A stretch of DNA of 64,000 nucleotides from Bacteroidales bacterium (GTDB lineage Bacteria > Bacteroidota > Bacteroidia > Bacteroidales > FEN-979), in NCBI GenBank assembly GCA_023231005.1, contig JALNWG010000002.1, positions 54,092 through 118,091 on the forward strand. The letters are read 5' to 3'. Shown in pieces: positions 8,738 through 18,814 of the stretch; position 1 is the first letter of the stretch, and each line of letters opens with the position of its first letter. A program made the translations under genes and the position numbers. The notes under the pieces were generated by a model. The model saw only the letters and a list, made by a program, of their open reading frames with translations. It did no database searches and was not told the origin of the DNA.

Positions 8738-10845
8738 GAGTTGCCGGATGGGATGATTTCCATCTCTTCAATCAGCCGTTTTGCTCCTGCAACCTTATCA
8801 ATCACAAACAAACAATATCTGATATCCAAGGAGATATTCCGGCATTGTGAGGGATCATACATCAAGTCGCTCAGCGTTCCTTCCCAATTCCGGTCAAAAT
8901 TGATTCCAATCAGTTGGCCCCATGCATTTAACACAGGACTTCCGGAATTTCCACCCGACGTATGATTGCTCGCCAGAAAAGCAGTGTGGATCGTTCCATC
9001 CCGATCTGCGTAACGCCCATAGTCGTGGTTCTTATAAAGGTACTTCAGTCGGTTATCTACCCGGTAATCATAGACGGATGAATCCTCTTTCTGCATAATC
9101 CCTTCCAAAGTCGTAAAATAATTATATTTCACTGCATCAGCAGGAATTAAATCTTCTACTTTCCCAAATGCAATCCGGAATGTTAAATTGGCATCGGGAT
9201 AAAAATTCATTTCTCTTTGCCACTCCATCAGCGCCATCATATAAACCCGTTGCAAACTGTCGAAGCAAACTGTATATTTCTTAATTTCTGGTAAAATTTC
9301 CTTTTCATATCGATTATAGATGTCAAGCATCAACTGATACACCAAATCTTTTTTCAATAGTTTAATATCTGATTGCTTGAAATTACCAAGAAACTTAAGG
9401 AGCCGAGTTGAATCAGAAAAGATCGAATGGGTGATAATAAGATCTGCTTTTTCTGGCGTTAACTTCATCTCTCCCAACATCACAAACATTACCTGTTTAT
9501 CAATAGCTATGTTATAGTTTTTATAGAAATCACGGCTTGTTTTTGCAAGACCCTCTACTAATTTTTGACATGAAGCAGGTTGGAATTCTTTTGATTCACC
9601 CAATTTTACCAGGTCGCGAAAACCGGAAGCGAAACGAACGATCTCAATAGCCTGACCAGCTTCAGTCAGATAAATAGAGGATCGATCAACTGGTAAATAA
9701 TGATGGTAGAATGTTTGAAAAGAAGATAAAAGATTCCCGTACCGGATTCGGCGTTCAGATGTAGAATCAGCCCATGCTTGAAAGGATGATTCGAGAAGAC
9801 TTTTTTTCAAAACAGTTTCGGCCTTTCGGATTCCCCGGGTTTGACCAATCATTTTTTTCCAACCATTGGCAATGCCATTTGCTTTTGGCGTATATTGTAA
9901 TCGAATCAATTTGTTTTGACTCATCGCAGCATTAATGATTTCCAACCTCTTTTCCCGCAACCTTATCCTAAGTGGGTTTTCCTCATTGGCGATAAGATCA
10001 ACTCCATAGGAAGTCAGATATTCGCTGGTAGTTCCCGGATAACCCAGTAAAAAAGTGAAATCTCCTTGTTGATATCCCCCTAGAGATATTGGCAAATATT
10101 TCCTGGGGATATAAGGAATATTTTCAACTGAATAGGTAGCAGGTTCATTGTTTTTATTTGCATAGATCCTGAAAATGGAAAAGTCGCCAGTATGCCGGGG
10201 CCACATCCAATTATCGGTATCGCCTCCGAATTTTCCGATATTGGAAGGAGGAGCTCCCACCAACCGAATATCCTTAAAAACCTCATTGACAACAAGGTAA
10301 TAACGATTCCCATAAAAGAATGATCGAACTTTTGCTTCATAACGCCCCCCCAAAGTAGCTTCCTTTTCTACTTTATCGGAATTCAGTTTGACCAGGTTAG
10401 TCCGTTGCAATTGATTCATGGTTTCATCAACTCCTTGCAGGATTTTATCGGTAACATCTTCCATTCGGTTCAATAAGGTAACCGTTAAACCTGCACAAGG
10501 GCGTTCTTCTTCCATTGAGGCTGCCCAAAATCCTTCATTCAGATAGTCGTGCTGAAGGGAACTTTGACGTTGAATAGAACCGAGGCCACAATGGTAATTG
10601 GTCAGGATCAATCCTTTGGAGGAGACGATTTCGGCAGTACATCCGCCGCCAAACTGAACAATGGCATCTTTTAAACTGGAATGATTCACACTATAGATAT
10701 CTTCTGCAGATAGACGAAGTCCCATATCCTGCATTTTTCTGATGTTTAACTGCTCCAGTAGCACAGGAATCCATATTCCTTCTTCTGCCCCAAGAAAACC
10801 TGCTGAAAAAAAAGAAAGTATTAGAAGCAAGATCAGTTTTTTCAT
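8731..10845 (-). CDS. S46 family dipeptidyl-peptidase (DPP7/DPP11-like serine protease)
   Basis: Signal peptide MKKLILLLILSFFSAGFLGA followed by EEGIWIP. Catalytic His context TNYHC and Ser context GGNSGSPVLN. ATG 10845 overlaps the trmB stop as ATGA. Confidence 0.85.
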   Translation of the reverse strand: MKKLILLLILSFFSAGFLGAEEGIWIPVLLEQLNIRKMQDMGLRLSAEDIYSVNHSSLKDAIVQFGGGCTAEIVSSKGLILTNYHCGLGSIQRQSSLQHDYLNEGFWAASMEEERPCAGLTVTLLNRMEDVTDKILQGVDETMNQLQRTNLVKLNSDKVEKEATLGGRYEAKVRSFFYGNRYYLVVNEVFKDIRLVGAPPSNIGKFGGDTDNWMWPRHTGDFSIFRIYANKNNEPATYSVENIPYIPRKYLPISLGGYQQGDFTFLLGYPGTTSEYLTSYGVDLIANEENPLRIRLREKRLEIINAAMSQNKLIRLQYTPKANGIANGWKKMIGQTRGIRKAETVLKKSLLESSFQAWADSTSERRIRYGNLLSSFQTFYHHYLPVDRSSIYLTEAGQAIEIVRFASGFRDLVKLGESKEFQPASCQKLVEGLAKTSRDFYKNYNIAIDKQVMFVMLGEMKLTPEKADLIITHSIFSDSTRLLKFLGNFKQSDIKLLKKDLVYQLMLDIYNRYEKEILPEIKKYTVCFDSLQRVYMMALMEWQREMNFYPDANLTFRIAFGKVEDLIPADAVKYNYFTTLEGIMQKEDSSVYDYRVDNRLKYLYKNHDYGRYADRDGTIHTAFLASNHTSGGNSGSPVLNAWGQLIGINFDRNWEGTLSDLMYDPSQCRNISLDIRYCLFVIDKVAGAKRLIEEMEIIPSGNSQ

Positions 10846-11507
10846 TGTGTGCAAAGTTGAAAACGTAAATAGCCTATTTTTTTACCCATTTCAAGCCATC
10901 TTTTTTCATAAAAAGTCTGGATGTTGGTTACCTCATTGGTATGGTCCGAATGGTAAAGGTCATCGGTTGATAATAGCAATTGATGATGATGTTCCCTTAT
11001 GATCTCCTGGGTATAGTTAAAAAAGAACGGATCATCTGTTTTAAGATGGATAATGCCATTGGGGGATAAAATATGGCTGTATTTTTCAAGAAAGCCAGGA
11101 GAAGTCAGCCGCCTGTACTGCTTTTTAACCTGTGGATCTGGAAAGGTAATCCAAATTTCCGCAATTTCACCTGGTGCAAATATCCGTTCAATATGATCCA
11201 CCATGGTTCGGACAAATCCGACATTTTTTATGCTTTGATCAGCGACGGTTTTACAACCACGCCAGAGCCTGGCACCTTTTATATCAATTCCTATAAAATT
11301 CAGATCCGGATACAGCGATGCAAGTCCGATGGTATATTCCCCCTTCCCACATCCCAATTCGACAACAATCGGATGATCATTTCTAAAGAAATTCTCTTTC
11401 CATTTTGAATATAACAAAAAACCCTTATCCAGATCATGGTAGGTGGGTTGAAAAAGATGAGGGAAAGCTGAATTTTCCTGAAAATGGATGAGCTTTTTCT
11501 TGGTCAC
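10842..11507 (-). CDS. trmB: tRNA (guanine46-N7)-methyltransferase
   Basis: 221 aa, GTG start. SAM-binding VELGCGKGEYT and TrmB motif ITFPDPQVKK. Confidence 0.85.
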   Translation of the reverse strand: MTKKKLIHFQENSAFPHLFQPTYHDLDKGFLLYSKWKENFFRNDHPIVVELGCGKGEYTIGLASLYPDLNFIGIDIKGARLWRGCKTVADQSIKNVGFVRTMVDHIERIFAPGEIAEIWITFPDPQVKKQYRRLTSPGFLEKYSHILSPNGIIHLKTDDPFFFNYTQEIIREHHHQLLLSTDDLYHSDHTNEVTNIQTFYEKRWLEMGKKIGYLRFQLCTQ

Positions 11508-11517
11508 AAAGAGCAGG

Positions 11518-12558
11518 TTATTTTGTCAGCAACCAAGCATTGCAAAAACTGCCCGATTTGGAAGAAGAGAGAAGTTGAAGGGCCTCTTCGCGTTGTGAAA
11601 AGGTACCAATCGTAACTCGATACAGACCAGTTTTTGAACGGTCGTAAATGGAAGCCTGTGTGCCATTCCGTAATAGTTCAGAAATATATTTTTGAGCATT
11701 CTCTTTCGACCGGAAAGCGCCTACAATAATAGCAAAAGCATCGTCCTGCTGAATAGATGTTTGCGTTTCGGCAGGTTGTGTTTGAATCTCTTCTTCCGAA
11801 GGTTGGACTTTATCTTCAACAACAGGTGCCTGATCGAATATAGAAGGAGTAGATTGGAATTCAGAAAGAGATTCCGGATGGTTTTCAGGAGCTGTCTTTT
11901 TTTCAACCAAAGAAGAGGTAGAAGAAAATCTTGAAAATACGGAACTGAGAATGCCTGCATTATCCGCTTCACCCGTCTTCATTTTATCAAACTGAGCAAT
12001 CCCTAACATGGTGGCGAATCCAATTGGGATAGCCAACATAGCAGCCCATTTCAGAGGACGTGAGTACATCCATCTCTTATCGGGAGCAATTTTATTATAA
12101 GGAAACGATTCCAGGTCAATTTTCAAGCCATGGGTATTCCGGCTGATGGGTGGAGAAATAAAAGAAGTCAGCCCATAAGCATCAGGAAGTAGATTACATT
12201 TCTTGTCTTGTTCGAACTGAACATTTCCTTCATGTCCGGAAAACAACCGCCCCACGTTAGGGATCACAAATGATTTAGCGGTTTTTAATTGATGTCGACA
12301 TGTTTCCGTGAATTCATCAATGATCAAACAAGCATCAGTGTATGATATTCCATCGTAAGTGGCTACATAATTCGCCAACAACCCGTCATTCTGTTTCAGA
12401 TTGATGTTGAATAATAGCTTTTTTGAAGGAGGTTGAAAGGAATGATGAACCGGGTCAATGCGGGCCGGAGAATAATTTCCAATAAAACCACCAAAACCAG
12501 GAATGATTACACAATCATGTACGGCCAACAGTTCAGAAATGCAAACTGATAAGTTCAT
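11518..12558 (-). CDS. HU-like N-terminal domain / SPOR domain membrane protein
   Basis: N-terminal HU-fold-like segment (ELLAVHDCVIIPGFGGFIGNY), one TM helix (WAAMLAIPIGFATMLGIAQF), low-complexity linker, and a C-terminal SPOR repeat (FAIIVGAFRSKENAQKYISELL...GLYRVTIGTFSQREEALQLL). Confidence 0.7.
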   Translation of the reverse strand: MNLSVCISELLAVHDCVIIPGFGGFIGNYSPARIDPVHHSFQPPSKKLLFNINLKQNDGLLANYVATYDGISYTDACLIIDEFTETCRHQLKTAKSFVIPNVGRLFSGHEGNVQFEQDKKCNLLPDAYGLTSFISPPISRNTHGLKIDLESFPYNKIAPDKRWMYSRPLKWAAMLAIPIGFATMLGIAQFDKMKTGEADNAGILSSVFSRFSSTSSLVEKKTAPENHPESLSEFQSTPSIFDQAPVVEDKVQPSEEEIQTQPAETQTSIQQDDAFAIIVGAFRSKENAQKYISELLRNGTQASIYDRSKTGLYRVTIGTFSQREEALQLLSSSKSGSFCNAWLLTK

Positions 12559-12609
12559 AATACAGTCTTTTGAATGGTGTGCTAAGATACGGTATTCTTG
12601 CCGTTTCTT

Positions 12610-13356
12610 TTAACGGTTGTTAGTAATTTTTAATAAATCCGCAGGGGTATCAATAGAAGCACTTTCAAACGCTGTGATTTGTGTTTGAATTTGGAATCCA
12701 TTTTCCAGCCACCGTAATTGTTCCAGCGATTCTGCTGATTCAAGGGGGGAAACGGGTAAAGAGACCAGCTTCTTTAATACTTCGGAAAGGTAACCATAAA
12801 TTCCGACATGTTTAAAAAACACGGTATTATCCAACCATTTCTCAGCTGTTTTTCCTCTCACATAAGGGATCGGGGAACGGCTGAAATACAAGGCTTTCCC
12901 TTTTTGGTTTATGATCGCTTTGACCACGTTTGGATTATCCAGCTCCTCTCTGGAGTTAATTTTTTTAATCAGGGTGGCAATCGTAGTTCCAGGTTGTTGA
13001 AGGCAATCTGCCACTTCCACAATTTGCTGCGGATTTAAAAATGGTTCATCTCCCTGGATATTTATCACACCATCGTAATATACCCCTTCAGCAGCGAATC
13101 TTTCCATCACCTCCTGACACCGTTCTGTTCCGCTGCGGTGTGTTTCGGAAGTCATTATAACGTGTCCTCCAAATGCAATAACATGTTTTTCGATGGAATC
13201 ATGGTCCGTAGCAACAACAACTTTACTCAGGGCTGAACATAAAACAGCCTGTTCATAAACCCTTTGGATCATGGTCTTCCCATTGATCATTACAAGTGGT
13301 TTTCCCGGGAACCGGGTTGAGGCATACCGTGCAGGAATTACGCCAACAATATTCAT
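12610..13356 (-). CDS. kdsB: 3-deoxy-manno-octulosonate cytidylyltransferase (CMP-KDO synthetase)
   Basis: VIPARYASTRFPGKPL and IQGDEPF motifs. ATG 13356 preferred over the ORF-track TTG 13362. Confidence 0.9.
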   Translation of the reverse strand: MNIVGVIPARYASTRFPGKPLVMINGKTMIQRVYEQAVLCSALSKVVVATDHDSIEKHVIAFGGHVIMTSETHRSGTERCQEVMERFAAEGVYYDGVINIQGDEPFLNPQQIVEVADCLQQPGTTIATLIKKINSREELDNPNVVKAIINQKGKALYFSRSPIPYVRGKTAEKWLDNTVFFKHVGIYGYLSEVLKKLVSLPVSPLESAESLEQLRWLENGFQIQTQITAFESASIDTPADLLKITNNR

Positions 13357-13395
13357 ATACAATACTTTTATCTAGTTTTCAGGAGTCGAAAGAAC

Positions 13396-14010
13396 CTAGA
13401 ATAATCCGTGTAACTGAGCGGTAATTTTATCGATCACCGATCCAAGATCTTCAGGATTTTCACTCACCTTGAGTACATCAACATCGACGATCAGGAGTTT
13501 TCCAAGGGTGTAATTTTCAATCCATTCCTCGTACATTTCATTGAGGTTCTTAAGATAGTCAAGGCGGATTGCACTTTCATATTCGCGGCCTCTTTTCTGG
13601 ATTTGGCTGACAAGTGTAGGAACACTGGCTTTCAGGTAAATAAGTAAATCAGGGGGTTGAATGAAAGAACTCATAAGTTCGAACAATGATCGGTAATTTT
13701 CAAAGTCACGGGAACTCAGGAGATTCATAGCGTGTAAGTTGGGAGCAAAGATATAAGCATCTTCATAAATGGTCCGATCCTGGACCACTGTCTTTCCCGA
13801 CTTTCTGATATCGACGATCTGGCGAAAGCGGCTGTTAAGAAAATATATTTGAAGATTAAACGACCAGCGTTGCATATCTTCATAAAAACTGTTCAGATAA
13901 GGATTCGTATCAACATCTTCATAATGAGGTTCCCATCCAAAATGCTTGGCCAATAGGCCCGATAGGGTTGTTTTCCCTGAGCCGATATTTCCGGCTATGG
14001 CAATATGCAT
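13396..14010 (-). CDS. deoxynucleoside kinase family protein
   Basis: From ATG 14010 the P-loop is N-terminal (MHIAIAGNIGSGKTTL). Contains VVQDRTIYED and a lid-like QKRGREYE. The ORF-track TTG 14049 would overlap the upstream gene. Confidence 0.8.
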   Translation of the reverse strand: MHIAIAGNIGSGKTTLSGLLAKHFGWEPHYEDVDTNPYLNSFYEDMQRWSFNLQIYFLNSRFRQIVDIRKSGKTVVQDRTIYEDAYIFAPNLHAMNLLSSRDFENYRSLFELMSSFIQPPDLLIYLKASVPTLVSQIQKRGREYESAIRLDYLKNLNEMYEEWIENYTLGKLLIVDVDVLKVSENPEDLGSVIDKITAQLHGLF

Positions 14011-14045
14011 AAGTTTGTTTTTTTTCTCAAAATTAAAAAAATGAA

Positions 14046-15566
14046 TCAATTCTGTACCAACAACTCAAGGATTTCCTCCACATATTTTCGGTCGTTTGAT
14101 AATCGGGGAACTTTATGCTGCCCACCCAATTTATTTTTTGATTTCAGCCATCGGTAAAAAGTTCCGGGTGGAAGAAGCCGTATTCTAGGTTCTTCAAGTA
14201 ACATTCCATGGTACCGTTTGGATTCATAATCAGAATTCAATGATTTCAGAGCGGTATCCAGAATGCTGGAAAAAAAAGAGAGGTCGGAAGGAGGGGTTGC
14301 AAATTCAATGAACCATTCATGAGCACCCTTTTTTGAGCCTTCGAGGTATACTGGAGCAGCAGTGAATTCGGTTATCGTAGCATTGCAACGGGCACAAGCT
14401 ATGGCAATTGCTTTTTCTGCATTGTCAACGATTAATTCTTCTCCAAAAGCATTAATAAAATTTTTAGTCCTGCCCGTAATCTTGATCCGGTAGGGGGATA
14501 AGGAAGTAAACTGAATGGTATCCCCGATAAGATATCTCCAGAGTCCGGCATTGGTTGTAATCACAATGGCATAATTTGTTTGAAGGTCAACATCCCAGAG
14601 TGAAAGGCATTGCGGATTATCGGATGAGAGTTTATCCACTGGAATAAACTCGTAATAAATACCATAATCAAGCATCAATAACATATCGTCGGCTTTACGC
14701 CTGTCCTGAATACCAAAAAAACCTTCAGAGGCATTATAAGTCTCCAGATAGTTTATTTTTGAAGATGGAAGTAACTGATAAAACTGTTCCTGATAAGGGC
14801 TGAAATTAACCCCTCCATGAATAAAAAGTTCGAAATTCGGCCACACCTCCAACAAGTTTTTTTTAGAAGTCATTTCCAAGATCCGCTTAAATAGAAGAAG
14901 TGTCCATGAAGGAACACCGGAGATATTGGTAACATCATGCTGGATGGTTGCCTGGGCCATCATTTCAATTTTACTTTCCCATTCGTCCATCAATGCAATG
15001 GATAAGTTAGGGGTTCTCAAAAACTCCACCCATCCAGGTAGATTTTGAATCAAAATGGCCGAAAGATCCCCCTGATAATACAACTCATTGTTGACCTCCA
15101 TGATTTGATGCGATCCCCCCATGGCAATGGCCTTCCCATCAAAAAGCTTGGTTTCCGGTTGATTGTTGCAATAGATCGATAACAGATCCTTTCCTCCTTT
15201 GAAATGACATTCTTCCAACGCTTCCTGACTAACAGGGATAAATTTACTTTTATCGTCGGTCGTTCCCGACGATTTTGCAAACCATTTGATTTCCGAAGGC
15301 CATAAAATGTTTTGTTCTCCTTTCCGTAAGCGGTTGATTTCACTTTTTATAGTTTCATAGTCATTGATGGGTACACGTTGCTGAAATTGTTCCGGTGTGG
15401 TAAGAGATTTAAAACCATATTTTTTCCCCCATTCTGTATTTCGTGCGACATTCAGTAATTTTCGTAACCATTCCGACTGAACTTCATGAGGATATTTCAT
15501 GAAAAGTTCAATCTGATGAATTCGCTTTTTCATTACCCAGGAAACGACAGAATTAAGCAAGGCCAT
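14046..15566 (-). CDS. GH3 auxin-responsive-promoter family protein (acyl-adenylate-forming fold)
   Basis: About 506 aa from ATG 15566 (ORF-track start 15590 is TTG). Motifs FAKSSGTT, YNASEGFFG and WRYLIGD, typical of the bacterial GH3 family common in Bacteroidota. Confidence 0.75.
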   Translation of the reverse strand: MALLNSVVSWVMKKRIHQIELFMKYPHEVQSEWLRKLLNVARNTEWGKKYGFKSLTTPEQFQQRVPINDYETIKSEINRLRKGEQNILWPSEIKWFAKSSGTTDDKSKFIPVSQEALEECHFKGGKDLLSIYCNNQPETKLFDGKAIAMGGSHQIMEVNNELYYQGDLSAILIQNLPGWVEFLRTPNLSIALMDEWESKIEMMAQATIQHDVTNISGVPSWTLLLFKRILEMTSKKNLLEVWPNFELFIHGGVNFSPYQEQFYQLLPSSKINYLETYNASEGFFGIQDRRKADDMLLMLDYGIYYEFIPVDKLSSDNPQCLSLWDVDLQTNYAIVITTNAGLWRYLIGDTIQFTSLSPYRIKITGRTKNFINAFGEELIVDNAEKAIAIACARCNATITEFTAAPVYLEGSKKGAHEWFIEFATPPSDLSFFSSILDTALKSLNSDYESKRYHGMLLEEPRIRLLPPGTFYRWLKSKNKLGGQHKVPRLSNDRKYVEEILELLVQN

Positions 15567-15768
15567 ATCTGTTTTTTTTAATGATGTCAAAATTACAATT
15601 AAAAAAAAAGAAACACTTAAAAATTATTGTTACGTTATTTTTAATATTTTTCTTTGTAAAAACATAATTATATCGTATAATTGCACACCCTAACAAATTT
15701 TCCCCTATGAGGGGTGTAATAAAGGACAGTACACTCCAAAAAATATACTAACTAATCTAATTATTGCA

Positions 15769-16983
15769 ATGAAAATTTTAGTGTTAAATTGTGGCAGTTC
15801 CTCCATTAAATATCAACTGATCGAAATTGCCAACAGTACCGATCTAAAAGCCAAGGGTTTACTTGATCGGATTGGATTGCCAACCAGTGAACTTACGCAC
15901 CAGGTAACTGGAAAAGAAAAGCATAAAATTGTACAGGAAGTTCCTGATCATCAGATTGGTATCAACCTTATTTTAAAAACCCTTAAAGATCCGGTCTATG
16001 GTGTAATTAAAGATGAAAATGAAATTCTTGCCGTTGGTCACCGGGTCGCACATGGAGGCGAAAATTTCAAGGCCAGCGTTTTAATTACTCCAGATGTCAA
16101 ATTGGATATAGAAAAGTGCATTGAACTGGCCCCTCTTCACAATCCAGCCAATCTTAAAGGGATTCAATCTATCGAAGCCATTTTACCTAACGTTCCCCAG
16201 GTTGCGGTATTTGACACCTCTTTTCACCAAACAATGCCTCCTTTTTCTTATCTCTATGCCATTCCTTATGAATATTATGAGAATTTTAAAATAAGGCGGT
16301 ATGGCTTTCATGGCACATCTCATAAATATATTGCCCAAAAAGCCTGCAGGTTTTTAGGAAAGGACATTGACAACTGCAACATCATCACCTGTCATCTTGG
16401 CAACGGTTCATCAATAGCGGCCATTCAGAATGGAAAATCCGTTGATACATCCATGGGGTTTACCCCGTTGGAAGGCTTGATGATGGGAACCCGAAGTGGG
16501 GATGTTGACCTTGGGGTTTTACTTTTTATTGCCGAGAAAGAAAATCTCAGCATCGCCGATACCAATGCAATGTTTAATAAAAAAAGTGGTATTTTCGGGA
16601 TCTCTGGTATTTCGTTCGATATGCGCGATGTAGAACAGGCAGCCGAAAAAGGCAATAAACGTGCACAATTAGCGCTCGACATGTATGCATACCGGGCTAA
16701 AAAATATATCGGAGCTTACGCAGCAGCCATGGGGGGTGTTGATTTGATCATCCTTTCCGGCGGTATCGGTGAAAACGATATTTCAACCCGTCAACGGATT
16801 CTTGAAGGGCTACAGTTTCTCGGCGTTGAGTTTGATGCCGAACGAAATAATTCCCGTGGTAAAGAAGCTATCCTGACACGTCCGGGTTCTCCCGTTACAG
16901 CCATGGTACAACCCACAAACGAAGAATTGGTAATTGCAATTGATACCTTTAATATAGTAACCCAATCAAATTTTAACATTTAA
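15769..16983 (+). CDS. ackA: acetate kinase
   Basis: MKILVLNCGSSSIKYQL, HRVAHGG, FDTSFHQTMP, GFHGTSH, HLGNGSS, GTRSGDVD. Confidence 0.95.
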   Translation: MKILVLNCGSSSIKYQLIEIANSTDLKAKGLLDRIGLPTSELTHQVTGKEKHKIVQEVPDHQIGINLILKTLKDPVYGVIKDENEILAVGHRVAHGGENFKASVLITPDVKLDIEKCIELAPLHNPANLKGIQSIEAILPNVPQVAVFDTSFHQTMPPFSYLYAIPYEYYENFKIRRYGFHGTSHKYIAQKACRFLGKDIDNCNIITCHLGNGSSIAAIQNGKSVDTSMGFTPLEGLMMGTRSGDVDLGVLLFIAEKENLSIADTNAMFNKKSGIFGISGISFDMRDVEQAAEKGNKRAQLALDMYAYRAKKYIGAYAAAMGGVDLIILSGGIGENDISTRQRILEGLQFLGVEFDAERNNSRGKEAILTRPGSPVTAMVQPTNEELVIAIDTFNIVTQSNFNI

Positions 16984-16993
16984 TCCTTCTATT

Positions 16994-17965
16994 ATGGCTC
17001 CAATTAGTTTATATATTGTTGAAGATGAATTACTTTTAGCTCACGAACTGAAAACCAAACTTACCGGGTTTGGTTATGAAGTACTGGGCATCGATAGAAA
17101 AGGTGAAAACGCTATCGAAAATATATCTAACCTTCATGAATCGGATAAGGTACCGGATATCATTATTATGGATGTCAAACTGGCCGGTAAAATGGATGGT
17201 ATTGAAGCCGCCCGGATTCTGACTGAAAACTATAATTGCGGCATCATTTTTCTTACTTCACTGAATAGAAGTGAAGTCTTTGCAAAATCTTTCTCTCTCA
17301 AACCGTATGCTTACCTTTTTAAACCGGTTGAGATTGATCAGATTCGAGTTGCCATCGAAGTAGCCAATTACCAGAGGAACCTGGAGATCACGAATGAACG
17401 GATCATCTCAGAACTAAAAAATGAAATCGAACATCGCAAGCTGGCAGAAAAAGAACGGAACCAACGGCTACAGGAAAGAATTCGTGCTGAACAAAAAGTA
17501 AACCAGCTTCTTAAACAGAAACATCACATGGAGCTTGACCTGATTAATCGAGAACTGGCTACCTCCTCCATTTTTATTTCTCAGAAAAATAAAATTATCG
17601 GGTTAATTAAAAAAGACATCAACCGGTTACTCAAAAATGAAAAGACAATCGACAAAGTTGAAATTGCCAAAGTGCTGAAAACCATTGACGAAAGCATTAA
17701 ATTTGACAATGATTGGTACCGGATCAAAGCCCATTTTGAAAAAATTCATCCGGAATTTTTCGACCGGTTGAGGAAAAAATTTCCACAGCTAACTCCCAAT
17801 GATCATAAACTTTGTGCTTTATTGCGGATGAACCTGAATACCAAGGAAATTTCCCACATTCTTAAAATAACAGCTCCCAGTACCGAAATTTCCAGGATCC
17901 GCTTACGAAAAAAGCTGGAACTGCCCAAGGGAATTAACCTGACACAATATATTTGCGAAGTTTAA
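16994..17965 (+). CDS. response regulator: receiver domain, coiled coil and C-terminal LuxR-like HTH; no cognate kinase nearby
   Basis: REC signature: YIVEDE, IIIMDVKLAGKMDG, IIFLTS, YLFKP. Central heptad-rich segment. C-terminus LTPNDHKLCALLRMNLNTKEISHILKITAPSTEISRIRLRKKL. Starts 10 nt after the ackA stop. Confidence 0.8.
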   Translation: MAPISLYIVEDELLLAHELKTKLTGFGYEVLGIDRKGENAIENISNLHESDKVPDIIIMDVKLAGKMDGIEAARILTENYNCGIIFLTSLNRSEVFAKSFSLKPYAYLFKPVEIDQIRVAIEVANYQRNLEITNERIISELKNEIEHRKLAEKERNQRLQERIRAEQKVNQLLKQKHHMELDLINRELATSSIFISQKNKIIGLIKKDINRLLKNEKTIDKVEIAKVLKTIDESIKFDNDWYRIKAHFEKIHPEFFDRLRKKFPQLTPNDHKLCALLRMNLNTKEISHILKITAPSTEISRIRLRKKLELPKGINLTQYICEV

Positions 17966-17967
17966 AA

Positions 17968-18708
17968 CTATAGCTTTTCTGCTAATTCATCACTGATCGC
18001 AAGATTGTGAAATACGTTTTGTACGTCTTCGTCTTCTTCGATGATATCAATTAATTTTAGCACCTTACGGGAAGCTTCTTCATCAAGCGTTACTGTGGTT
18101 TTAGCTATCCGTTGAAGGGATGCACGCTCTGGTTCAATTTTTAGCTGTTCCAGCTTTTTCACCATACTCCCGAAATCTTCCATGGCAGTGATGATGCTAA
18201 AGATATCATCTTCCAGCGAAATATCTTCTGCTCCTGCATCAATCAATTCCATTTCAAAGTCGTCCCGATTAAGATCACCCAATGGTACTTCAAAAACACC
18301 CTTGCGATCAAACATATAATTCAACATTCCGTTCTGCCCTAATTCACCACCATGTTTATTAAAATAGGCCCGGATGTTGGACACAGTTCGTTGCAAATTA
18401 TCCGTAGTACATTCGACAAAAATCGCAATGCCATGAGGCCCTTTCCCTTCATAAGTGGTTTCCAGTAAAACAGCCGCATCTTTGTCGGCTCCTTTGCTGA
18501 TGGCCCGCTGTATGTTGTCTTTAGGCATGGAGGCTCCTTTGGCATTGGCAATTGCTAACCGTAGACGGGGATTTCCATCAGGATCGGCACCTCCTTCTTT
18601 AACTGCAATAGTGATGTCCTTGATAATCTTAGAGAAAATCTTCGACCGTTTCGCATCCAACGCACCCTTCTTCCGCTTGATGGTGGACCATTTATTGTGA
18701 CCTGACAT
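17968..18708 (-). CDS. YebC/PmpR family DNA-binding transcriptional regulator
   Basis: MSGHNKWSTIKRKKGALDAKRSKIFSK... 246 aa, full-length family pattern. Confidence 0.95.
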   Translation of the reverse strand: MSGHNKWSTIKRKKGALDAKRSKIFSKIIKDITIAVKEGGADPDGNPRLRLAIANAKGASMPKDNIQRAISKGADKDAAVLLETTYEGKGPHGIAIFVECTTDNLQRTVSNIRAYFNKHGGELGQNGMLNYMFDRKGVFEVPLGDLNRDDFEMELIDAGAEDISLEDDIFSIITAMEDFGSMVKKLEQLKIEPERASLQRIAKTTVTLDEEASRKVLKLIDIIEEDEDVQNVFHNLAISDELAEKL

Positions 18709-18775
18709 ATATTACTTGTTTGTAGATTAACAATGTAAAATTAATAAAAAAAGGTTCTGTTATCAAAACGATTGG

Positions 18776-18783
18776 TAAATTTG
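18776..18783 (+). promoter_or_regulatory. candidate -7 box for the Ig-like lipoprotein gene
   Basis: Exact TAAATTTG, 31 nt upstream of GTG 18815. Confidence 0.4.
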
Positions 18784-18814
18784 GGGTCGCAAACTTACAA
18801 AAAAACACTACGCA

